From NCBI RefSeq assembly GCF_009914755.1, contig NC_060928.1: DNA of 64,000 bases, one strand, 5' to 3'. Made by a program: the position numbers and the translations under genes. The notes beneath the pieces were generated by a model that was given only the letters and a program-made list of their open reading frames with translations, was not told where the DNA came from and searched no databases. The stretch comes from the human T2T-CHM13v2.0 reference genome, Homo sapiens. Positions 1 to 12,796 of the stretch are shown piece by piece (the stretch's first letter is position 1; each line of letters starts with the position of its first letter).

Positions 1-1070
1 TGGGTACTTTGATATTTTATGTCGGGTATAAAATAAATAGTTTTGGTACTTAGATATTTTATGTACAGTATATAGTTTGAGTACTTTGATATTTTATGTA
101 CAGTTTATTATAAATGGGTGCTTTCATATTTTATGTACAGTATATAATACATACTATGGGCACTTTGATATTTTATGTACAGTATATAATACATACTTTG
201 GGTACTTTGATATTTTATATAGACTACATAATACATACTTTGGGTACTTTGATATTTTATGTACAGTATATAATACATAGTTTGGGTACTTTGATAATTT
301 ATGTACAGTATATAATACATACTTTGGGTACTTTGATATTTTATCTACAGTGTATAATATATACTTTGGGTACTTTGATATATTATGTACAGCATATAAT
401 ACATTCTTTGGGTACTTTGATATTTTATGTACAGTATATAATACATACTTTGGGTACTTTGATATTTTATGTACAGTATATAATACATACTTTCGGTACT
501 TTGATATTTTATGTACAGTATATAATATATACTTTGGGTACTTTGATATTTTATGTACAGTATATAATACATACTTTGGGTACTTTGATATTTTATGTAC
601 AGTATATAATACATACTTTGGGTACTTTGATATTTTATGTACAGTATATAATATATAATTTGGGTACTTTGATAATTTATGTACAGTGTATAACACATAC
701 TTTGGGTACTTTGATATTTTATGTACAGTATATAATACATACTTTGGGTACTTTGACATTTTATATACAGTATATAATACATACTTTAGGTACTTTCATA
801 TTTCATGTACAGTTTATAATATATAGTTTGGGTACTTTGGTATATTATGTACTGTATATAATACATACTTTGGGCACTTTGATATTTTATGTACAGTATA
901 TAATACATACTTTGGGTACTTTGATATTTTATGTACAGTATACAATATATACTTTGACTACTTTGATATTTTATGTCCAGTATAGAATATATAGTTTTGG
1001 TAGTTTGATATTTTATGTACAGTATATAGTTTGAGTACATTGATATTTTATGTACACTTTATTATAAATG

Positions 1071-1817
1071 TTTGGATACTTTCATATTTTATGTACAGTA
1101 TATAATACATACTTTGGGCACTTTGATATTTTATGTACAGTATACAATACATACTTTGGGTACTTTGATATTTTATGTACAGTATATAATACATAATTTG
1201 GGTACTTTGATATTTTATGTACAGTATATAATGCATACTTTGGGTACTTTGATGTTTTATGTACAGTATATAATACATACTTAGGGTACTTTGACATTTT
1301 ATGTGCATTACATAATACATACTTTGGATACTTTGTTATTTTAAATACAGTATGTAATACATATTTTGGGTACTTTGATATTTTATGTACAGTATATAAT
1401 ACATACTTTGGTACTTTTATATTTCATGTACAGTATATAATATATAGTTTGGGTACTTTGATATTTTATGTACAGTATATAATACATAGTTTGGGTATTT
1501 TGATATTTTATGTACAGTATATAATACATACTTTGGGTACTTTGATATTTTATGTACAGTATATAATATATAGTTTGGGTACTTTGATATTTTATGTGCA
1601 GTATATAACACATACTTTCGGTAGTTGGATATTTTATGTACAGTATATAATACATACTTTGGGTACTTCGATATTTGTTGTACAGTATACTATATATAGT
1701 TTGGGTACTTTGATATTTTATGTCGGGTATAATATAAATAGTTTTGGTACTTAGATATTTTATGTACAGTATATAGTTTGAGTACTTTGATATTTTATGT
1801 ACAGTTTTTTATAAATG
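1071..1817 (+). repeat. Block family K (about 745 bp) with rare diagnostic monomers; example copy
   Basis: Head TTTGGATACTTTC preceded by GAGTACATTG, internal TTGTTATTTTAAATACAG, tail TATGTCGGGTA. Full copies at 1072, 33002 and 46902. The tail also appears at 1-75; the head alone appears at 40694 and 42592. Confidence 0.82.
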
Positions 1818-2279
1818 TTTGGGTGCTTTCATATTTTATGTACAGTATATAATACATACTATGGGCACTTTGATATTTTATGTACAGTATATAATACATA
1901 CTTTGGGTACTTTGATATTTTATGTACACTACATAATACATACTTTGGGTACTTTGACATTTTATGTACAGTACATAATACATAGTTTGGGTACTTTGAT
2001 ATTTTATGTACAGTATATAATGCATACTTTGGATACTTTGATATTTTATGTACAGTATATAATACATACTTTGGGTACTTTTATATTTTATGTACAGTAT
2101 ATAATATATAGTTTGGGTACTTTGATATTTTATGTACGGTGTATAATACATACTTTGGGTACTTTGATATTTTATGTACAGTATATAATACATACTTTGG
2201 GTACTCTGATATTTTATGTACAGTATACAATATATAGTTTGAGTACTTTGATATTTTATGTACTGTATAAAATATATAG

Positions 2280-2355
2280 TTTTCGTACTTTGATATTTTA
2301 TGTACAGTATATAGTTTGAGTACTTTGATATTTTATGTACAGTTTTTTATAAATG
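2280..2355 (+). repeat. Block-junction element (example): 35-bp truncated monomer plus 41-bp monomer; about 100 copies across the window
   Basis: 2280-2314 TTTTCGTACTTTGATATTTTATGTACAGTATATAG (35 bp), then 2315-2355 TTTGAGTACTTTGATATTTTATGTACAGTTTTTTATAAATG (41 bp), then a head monomer TTTGGGTGCTTTC. Consecutive block starts 1819, 2357, 2979, 3517, 4223 and 4845 are 538, 622, 538, 706 and 622 bp apart, all equal to 42n-8. Confidence 0.92.
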
Positions 2356-5300
2356 TTTGGGTGCTTTCTTATTTTATGTACAGTATATAATACATACAAA
2401 GGGCACTTTGATATTTTATGTACAGTATATAATACATACTTTGGGTACTCTGATATTTTATGTACAGTGTATAATACATACTTTGGGTACTTTGATATTT
2501 TATGTACAATATATAATACATACGTTGGGAACTTTGATATATTATGTACAGTATATAATACGTACTTTGGGTACTTTGATATTTTATCTACAGTATACAA
2601 CACATAGTTTGTGTACTTTGATATTTTATGTACAGTATATAATACATACTTTGGGTACTTTGATATTTTATGTACAGCATATAATACATACTTTGGGTAC
2701 TTTCATATTTTATGTACAGTATATAATATATAGTTTGGTTACTTTGATATTTTATCTACAGCTTATAATACATACTTTGGATACTTTGATACTTTATGTA
2801 CAGTATATAATACATACTTTGGGTACTTTGATATTTTATGTACAGTATACAATATATAGTTTGAGTACTTTGATATTTTATGTGCAGTATAAAATATATA
2901 GTTGTGGTACTTTCATATTTTATGTACAGTATATAGTTTGAGTACTTTGATATTTTATGTACAGTTTTTTATAAATGTTTGGGTGCTTTCATATTTTATG
3001 TACAGTATATAATACATACTAAGGGCACTTTGATATTTTATGTACAGTATATAATACATACTTTGGGTACTTTGATATTTTATGTACGTCATATAATATA
3101 TAGTTTGGGTACTTTGATATTTTATGTACAGTATATAATACATACCTTGGGTACTTTGATATTTTATGTACAGTATATAATATATAGTTTGGGTATTTTG
3201 ATATTTTATGTACAGTATATAATACATACTTTGGGTACTTTGATATTTTATGTACAGTATATAATACATACTTTGGGAACTTTGATATTTTATGTACAGT
3301 ATGTAAAACATACTTTGGGTACTTTGATATTTTATGTACAGTATATAATACATACTATTGGTACTTTGATATTTTATGTACATTATACAATATATAGTTT
3401 GAGTACTTTGATATTTTATGTCCAGTATAAAATATATAGATTTCGTACTCTGATATTTTATGTACAGAATATAGTTTGAGTACTTTGATATTTTATGTAC
3501 ACTTTATTATAAAAGTTTGGGTACTTTCATATTTTACGTACAGTATATAATACATACTTTGGGCACTTTGATGTTTTATGTACAGTATATAATACATACC
3601 TTAGGTTCTTTTATATTTTATGTACAGCATATAATACAAAATTTGGGGACTTTTATATTTTATGTACATTATATAATACATACTTTGGGTACTTTTATAT
3701 TTTATGTACGGTATATAATACACACTTTGGGTACTTTGATATATTATGTACAGTATATAATACATACTTTGGGTACTTTGATATATTATGTACAGTATAT
3801 AACACATACTAAGGGTACTTTGACATTTTATGTACAGTACATAATACATACTTTGGGTACTTTGATATTTTATGTACAGTATATAATGCATACTTTGGAT
3901 ACTTTGATATTTTATGTACAGTATATAATACATACTTTGGGTACTTTTATATTTTATGTACAGTATATAATATATAGTTTGGGTACTTTGATATTTTATG
4001 TACGGTATATAATACATACTTTGGGTACTTTGATATTTTATGTACAGTATATAATACATACTTTGGGTACTCTGATATTTTATGTACAGTATACAATATA
4101 TAGTTTGAGTACTTTGATATTTTATGTACTGTATAAAATATATAGTTTTCGTACTTTGATATTTTATGTACAATATATAGTTTGAGTACTTTGATATTTT
4201 ATGTACAGTTTTTTATAAATGTTTGGGTGCTTTCTTATTTTATGTACAGAATATAATACATACAAAGGGCACTTTGATATTTTATGTACAGTATAAAATA
4301 CATACTTTGGGTACTCTGATATTTTATGTACAGTGTATAATACATACTTTGGGTACTTTGATATTTTATGTACAATATATAATACATACGTTGGGAACTT
4401 TGATATATTATGTACAGTATATAATACATACTTTGGGTACTTTGATATTTTATCTACAGTATACAACACATAGTTTGTGTACTTTGATATTTTATGTACA
4501 GTATATAATACATACTTTGGGTACTTTGATATTTTATGTACAGCATATAATACATACTTTGGGTACTTTCATATTTTATGTACAGTATATAATATATAGT
4601 TTGGTTACTTTGATATTTTATCTACAGCTTATAATACATACTTTGGATACTTTGATACTTTATGTACAGTATATAATACATAATTTGGGTACTTTGATAT
4701 TTTATGTACAGTATACAATATATAGTTTGAGTACTTTGATATTTTATGTGCAGTATAAAATATATAGTTTTGGTACTTTCATATTTTATGTACAGTATAT
4801 AGTTTGAGTACTTTGATATTTTATGTACAGTTTTTTATAAATGTTTGGGTGCTTTCATATTTTATGTACAGTATATAATACATACTAAGGGCACTTTGAT
4901 ATTTTATGTACAGTATATAATACATACCTTGGGTACTTTGATATTTTATGTACAGTATATAATATATAGTTTGGGTATTTTGATATTTTATGTACAGTAT
5001 ATAATACATACTTTGGGTACTTTGATATTTTATGTACAGTATATAATACATACTTTGGGAACTTTTATATTTTATGTACAGTATGTAAAACATACTTTGG
5101 GTACTTTGATATTTTATGTACAGGATATAATGCATACTTTGGGTACTTTGATAGTTTATGTACAGTATATAATACATACTTTGGGTACTTTGATATTTTA
5201 TGTATAGTATAAAATATATAGTTTGGGTACTTTGATATTTTATGTACAGTATGTAAAACATACTTTGGGGATTTTGATATTTTATGTACAGTATGTAAAA

Positions 5301-7866
5301 CATACTTTGGGGAGTTTGATATTTTATGAACAGTATATAATACACATTTTGTGTATTTTGATATTTTATGTACAGTATATAATACATACTTTGGGTGCTT
5401 TTATATTTTATGTACAGTATATAATACATACTTTGGGTACTTTGATATTTAATGTACAGTATATAATACACACTTTGCGTACTTTGAAATTTTATGTAAA
5501 GCATGTAATACATACTTTGGGCAGTTTGATATTTTATGTACAGTATGTAATACACACTTTGGGTACTTTGATATTTTATGTACAGTATGTAAAACATACT
5601 TTGGGTAGTTTGATATATTATGTACAGTATATAATACATACTTTGGGTACTCTGATATTTTATGTACAGTGTATAATACATACTTTGGGTACTTTGATAT
5701 TTTATGTACAGTATATAATACATAAATTGGGTACTTTGATATATTATGTACAGTATATAATACTTACTTGGGGTACTTTGATATTTTATGTACAGTATAT
5801 AATACATACTTTGTGTACTTTGATATTTTATGTACAGTATATAATACATACTTTGGGTACTTTGATATTTTATGTACAGTATATAATACATACTTTGGGT
5901 ATCTTGATATTTTATGTACAGTATATAATGCATACTTTGGGTACTTTGATATTTTATGTACAGTATATAATGCATACTTTGAGTACTTTGATATTTTATG
6001 TACAGTATGTAATACATACTTTGGGTACTTTGATATTTTATGTATAGTATATAATACATACTTTGTGTAGTATGATATTTTATGTACAGTATCCAATATA
6101 TAGTTTGAGTACTTTGATATTTTATGTCCAGTATAAAATATATAGTTTTCCTAATTGATATTTTATGTACAGAATATAGTTTGAGTACTTTGATATTTTA
6201 TGTACACTTTATTATAAATCTTTGGGTACTTTCATATTTTATGTACAGTATATAATACATACTTTGGTCTCTTTGATGTTTTATGTACAGTATATAATAC
6301 ATACTTTGGGTTCTTTGATATTTTATGTGCAGAATATAATGCATAGTTTTAGGTACTTTTATATTTTATGTACAGTATATAATACATACTTTGGGTACTT
6401 TGATATTTTATGTACAGTATATAATACATACTTTGGGTACTTTGATATTTTATGTACAGTATATAATACATATTATTGGTACTTTGATATTTTATGTACA
6501 GTATAAATATATAGTTTGAGTACTTTGATATTTTATGTCCAGTATAAAATACATAGATTTCATACTTTGATATTTTATGTACAGAATATAGTTTGAGTAC
6601 TTTGATATTTTATGTACACTTTATCATAAAAGTTTGGGTACTTTCATATTTTACGTACAGTATATAATACATACTTTGGGCACTTTGATGTTTTATGTAC
6701 AGTATATAATACATACTTTGGGTTCTTTGATATGTTATGTACAGCATATAGTACATAATTTGGGGACTTTTATATTTTATGTACATTATATAATACATAC
6801 TTTGGGTACTTTTATATTTTATGTACGGTATATAATACATACTTTGGGTACTTTGATATATTATGTACAGTATATAATACATACTTTGGGTACTTTGATA
6901 TTTTATGTACACTACATAATACATACTTTGGGTACTTTGATATTTTATGTACAGTACATAATATATAGTTTGGGTACTTTGATATTTTATGTGCAGTATA
7001 TAACACATACTTTCGGTACTTGGATATTTTATGTACAGTATATAATACATAATTTGGGTACTTCCATATTTTATGTACAGTATGCTATATATAGTTTGGG
7101 TACTTTGATATTTTATGTCCAGTATAAAATTAAAAGTTTTGGTAATTCGATATTTTATGTACAGTGTATCGTTTGAGTACTTTGATATTTAATGTACAGT
7201 TTATTATAAATGTTCGGGTGCTTTCATATTTTATGTACAGAATATAATACATACTTTGAGCACTTTGATATTTTATGTACAGTATATAATACATACTTTG
7301 GGTAATTTGATATTTTATGTACAGTATATAATACATACATTGGGTACATTGATATTTTATGTACAGTATATAATATATAGTTAGGGTACTTTGATATTTT
7401 ATATACAGTATATAATATATATTATGTGTACTTTGATATATTATGTACAGTATATAATATATAGTTTGGGTAATTTGATATTTTATGTACAGTATACAAT
7501 ATATAGTATTGGTACTTTGATAATTCATGTAAAGTATATAGTTTGAGTACTTTGATATTTTATATACAGTTTATTATAAATGTTTGGGTACCTTCCCATT
7601 TCATGTACAGTATATAATACATACTTTGGGAACTTTTATTTTATGTGCAGTATATAATACATACTTTGGGTACTTTGATATTTTATGTACAGTATATAAT
7701 ACATACTATTGGTACTTTGATATTTTATGTACAGTATACAATATATAGTTTGAGTACTTTGATATTTTATGTCCAGTATAAAATATATAGATTTCATACT
7801 TTGATATTTTATGTACTGAATGTAGTTTGAGTACTTTGATATTTTATGTACACTTTATTATAAAAG

Positions 7867-8572
7867 TTTGGGTACTTTCATATTTTACGTACAGTATATA
7901 ATACATACTTTGGGCACTTTGATGTTTTATGTACAGTATATAATACATACTTTGGGTTCTTTGATATTTTATGTACAGCATATAATACATAATTTGGGGA
8001 CTTTTATATTTTATGTACATTATATTATACATACTTTCGGTACTTTTATATTTTATGTACGGTATATAATACACACTTTGGGTACTTTGATATATTATGT
8101 ACAGTATATAATACATACTTTGGGTACTTTGATATATTATGTACAGTATATAATACATACTAAGGGTACTTTGACATTTTATGTACAGTACATAATACAT
8201 ACTTTGGGTACTTTGATATTTTATGTACAGTATATAATGCATACTTTGGATACTTTGATATTTTATGTACAGTATATAATACATACTTTGGGTACTTTTA
8301 TATTTTATGTACAGTATATAATATATAGTTTGGGTACTTTGATATTTTATCTACGGTATATAATACATACTTTGGGTACTTTGATATTTTATGTACAGTA
8401 TATAATACATACTTTGGGTACTCTGATTTTTTATGTACAGTATACAATATATAGTTTGAGTACTTTGATATTTTATGTACTGTATAAAATATATAGTTTT
8501 CGTGCTTTGATATTTTATGTACAGTATATAGTTTGAGTACTTTGATATTTTATGTACACTTTTTTATAAATG
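7867..8572 (+). repeat. Block family A (typically 706 bp, 17 monomers); example copy
   Basis: Head AAAGTTTGGGTACTTTCATATTTTACGTAC, internal AATTTGGGGACTTTT and CT(A/T)AGGGTACTTTGACA. Heads at 3517, 6634, 7868, 10438, 18389, 21381, 23205, 25902, 32548, 34811, 37585, 39367, 41390, 52601, 58325 and 61432. Confidence 0.85.
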
Positions 8573-9194
8573 TTTGGGTGCTTTCTTATTTTATGTACAG
8601 TATATAATACATACAAAGGGCACTTTGATATTTTATGTACAGTATATAATACATACTTTGGGTACTCTGATATTTTATGTACAGTGTATAATACATACTT
8701 TGGGTACTTTGATATTTTATGTACAATATATAATACATACGTTGGGAACTTTGATATATTATGTACAGTATATAATACATACTTTGGGTACTTTGATATT
8801 TTATCTACAGTATACAACACATAGTTTGTGTACTTTGATATTTTATGTACAGTATATAATACATACTTTGGGTACTTTGATATTTTATGTACAGCATATA
8901 ATACATACTTTGGGTACTTTCATATTTTATGTACAGTATATAATATATAGTTTGGTTACTTTGATATTTTATCTACAGCTTATAATACATACTTTGGATA
9001 CGTTGATACTTTATGTACAGTATATAATACATACTTTGGGTACTTTGATATTTTATGTACAGTATACAATATATAGTTTGAGTACTTTGATATTTTATGT
9101 GCAGTATAAAATATATAGTTGTGGTACTTTCATATTTTATGTACAGTATATAGTTTGAGTACTTTGATATTTTATGTACAGTTTTTTATAAATG
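8573..9194 (+). repeat. Block family B (typically 622 bp, 15 monomers); example copy
   Basis: Markers ATACAAAGGGCAC, ACGTTGGGAAC, CTACAGTATACAACAC and CTACAGCTTATA. Heads at 2357, 4223, 8574, 11144, 19557, 22045, 30018, 35517, 38291, 42096 and 53719; variants at 23911 and 40073. Confidence 0.85.
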
Positions 9195-12100
9195 TTTGGG
9201 TGTTTCATATTTTATGTACAGTATATAATACATACTAAGGGCACTTTGATATTTTATGTACAGTATATAATACATACCTTGGGTACTTTGATATTTTATG
9301 TACAGTATATAATATATAGTTTGGGTATTTTGATATTTTATGTACAGTATATAATACATACTTTGGGTACTTTGATATTTTATGTATAGTATAAAATATA
9401 TAGATTGGGTACTTTGATATTTTATGTACAGTATGTAAAACATACTTTGGGGAGTTTGATATTTTATGTACAGTATGTAAAACATACTTTGGGGAGTTTG
9501 ATATTTTATGAACAGTATATAATACACATTTTGTGTACTTTGATATTTTATGTACAGTATATAATACATACTTTGGATACTTTGATATTTTATGTACAGT
9601 ATAGATTACATACTTTGGGTACTTTGATATTTTATGTACAGTATACAATATATAGTTTGAGTACTTTGATATTTTATGTACTGTATAAAATATATAGTTT
9701 TGGTACTTTGATATTTTATGTACAGTATATAGTTTGAGTTCTTTGATATTTTATGTACAGTTTTCTATAAATATTTTGGTGCTTTCATATTTTATGTACT
9801 GTATATAATACATGCTTTGGGCACTTTGATATTTTATGTACAGTATATAATACATACTTTGGGTACTCTGATATTTTATGTACAGTGTATAATACATACT
9901 TTGGGTACTTTGATATTTTATGTACAGTATATAATACATGCATTGGGTACTTTGATATATTATGTACAGTATATAATACTTACTTGGGGTACTTTGATAT
10001 TTTATGTACAGTTTATAATACATAGTTTGTGTACTTTGATATTTTATGTATAGTATGTAGTACACACTTTGGGTACTTTGATATTTTATGTACAGTATAT
10101 AATACATACTTTGGGTATCTTGATATTTTATGTACAGTATATAATGCATACTTTGCGTCCTTTGATATTTTATGTACAGTATATAACGCATACTTTGGGT
10201 ACTTTGATATTTTATGTACAGTATGTAATACATACTTTGGGTACTTTGATATTTTATGTATAGTATATAACACATACTTTGTGTAGTTTGATATTTTATG
10301 TACAGTATACAATATATAGTTTGAGTACTTTGTTATTTTATGTGCAGTATAAAATATATAGTTTTCGTAATTGATATTTTATGTACAGAATATAGTTTGA
10401 GTACTTTGATATTTTATGTACACTTTATTATAAAAGTTTGGGTACTTTCATATTTTACGTACAGTATATAATACATACTTTGGGCACTTTGATGTTTTAT
10501 GTACAGTATATAATACATACTTTGGGTTCTTTGATATTTTATGTACAGCATATAATACATAATTTGGGGACTTTTATATTTTATGTACATTATATTATAC
10601 ATACTTTGGGTACTTTTATATTTTATGTACGGTATATAATACACACTTTGGGTACTTTGATATATTATGTACAGTATATAATACATACTTTGGGTACTTT
10701 GATATATTAGGTACAGTATATAATACATACTAAGGGTACTTTGACATTTTATGTACAGTACATAATACATACTTTGGGTACTTTGATATTTTATGTACAG
10801 TATATAATGCATACTTTGGATACTTTGATATTTTATGTACAGTATATAATACATACTTTGGGTACTTTTATATTTTATGTACAGTATATAATATATAGTT
10901 TGGGTACTTTGATATTTTATGTACGGTATATAATACATACTTTGGGTACTTTGATATTTTATGTACAGTATATAATACATACTTTGGGTACTCTGATATT
11001 TTATGTACAGTATACAATATATAGTTTGAGTACTTTGATATTTTATGTACTGTATAAAATATATAGTTTTCGTACTTTGATATTTTATGTACAGTATATA
11101 GTTTGAGTACTTTGATATTTTATGTACAGTTTTTTATAAATGTTTGAGTGCTTTCATATTTTATGTACAGTATATAATACATACAAAGGGCACTTTGATA
11201 TTTTATGTACAGTATATAATACATACTTTGGGTACTCTGATATTTTATGTACAGTGTATAATACATACTTTGGGTACTTTGATATTTTATGTACAATATA
11301 TAATACATACGTTGGGAACTTTGATATATTATGTACAGTATATAATACATACTTTGGGTACTTTGATATTTTATCTACAGTATACAACACATAGTTTGTG
11401 TACTTTGATATTTTATGTACAGTATATAATACATACTTTGGGTACTTTAATATTTTATGTACAGTATATAATACATACTTTGGGTACTTTCATATTTTAT
11501 GTACAGTATATAATATATAGTTTGGTTACTTTGATATTTTATCTATAGCTTATAATACATACTTTGGATACTTTGATACTTTATGTACAGTATATAATAC
11601 ATACTTTGGGTACTTTGATATTTTATGTACAGTATACAATATATAGTTTGAGTACTTTGATATTTTATGTGCAGTATAAAATATATAGTTTTGGTACTTT
11701 CATATTTTATGTACAGTATATAGTTTGAGTACTTTGATATTTTATGTACAGTTTTTTATAAATGTTTGGGTGCTTTCATATTTTATGTACAGTATATAAT
11801 ACATACTAAGGGCACTTTGATATTTTATGTACAGTATATAATACATACGTTGGGTACTTTGATATTTTATGTACGTCATATAATATATAGTTTGGGTACT
11901 TTGTTATTTTATGTACAGTATATAATACATACCTTGGGTACTTTGATATTTTATGTACAGTATATAATATATAGTTTGGGTACTTTGATATTTTATATAC
12001 AGTATATAATATATATTATGTGTACTTTGATATATTATGTACAGTATATAATATATAGTTTGGGTAATTTGATATTTTATGTACAGTATACAATATATAG

Positions 12101-12796
12101 TATTGGTACTTTGATATTTCATGTAAAGTATATAGTTTGAGTACTTTGATATTTTATATACAGTTTATTATAAATGTTTGGGAACCTTCATATTTTATGT
12201 ATAGTATATAATACATACTTTGGGAACTTTTATTTTATGTGCAGTATATAATACATACTTTGGGTGCTTTGATATTTTACTTACAGTATATAATACACAC
12301 TTTGGGTACTTTGATATTTTATGTACAGTATATAATACACACTTTGGGTACTTTGACATTTTATGTACAGTATATAATACATACTTTGGGTACTTTGATG
12401 TATTATGTACAGTATATAATACATAGTTTGGTTACTTTGATATTTTTTGTACAGTATGTAAAACATACTTTGGGGAGTTTGATATTTTATGAACAGTATA
12501 CAATACACATTTTGGGTACTTTGATATTTTATGTACTGTATATAATACATACTTTGGGTACTTTGATATTTTATGTACAGTATATAATTCATACTTTGGG
12601 TACTTTGATATTTTATGTACAGTATATAATACATACATTGGGTACTTCGATATTTTATGTGCAGTACCCTATATATAGTTCGGGTACTTCGATATTTTAT
12701 ATCCAGTATAAAATAAATAGTTTTGGTACTTTGATATTTTATGTACAGTATATAGTTTTAGTACTTTGATATTTAATGTTCAGTTTATTATACATG

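Noticed and set aside
2260-2280. TATA-box-like TATAAAA in tail monomers
   Set aside because: Expected in a roughly 76% AT repeat and copied about 100 times, with no promoter context or downstream gene.
4821-6059. Long ORFs on both strands (e.g. 412 aa at 4821-6059 minus, 306 aa at 114-1034, 311 aa at 29045-29980)
   Set aside because: A 42-bp unit is a multiple of 3 and several frames lack stops, which gives 14-aa repeats (LGTLIFYVQYIIHT; YQSTQSMYYILYIK) in overlapping frames on both strands. The ORFs end at junction indels or random substitutions, with no sign of coding constraint or gene structure.
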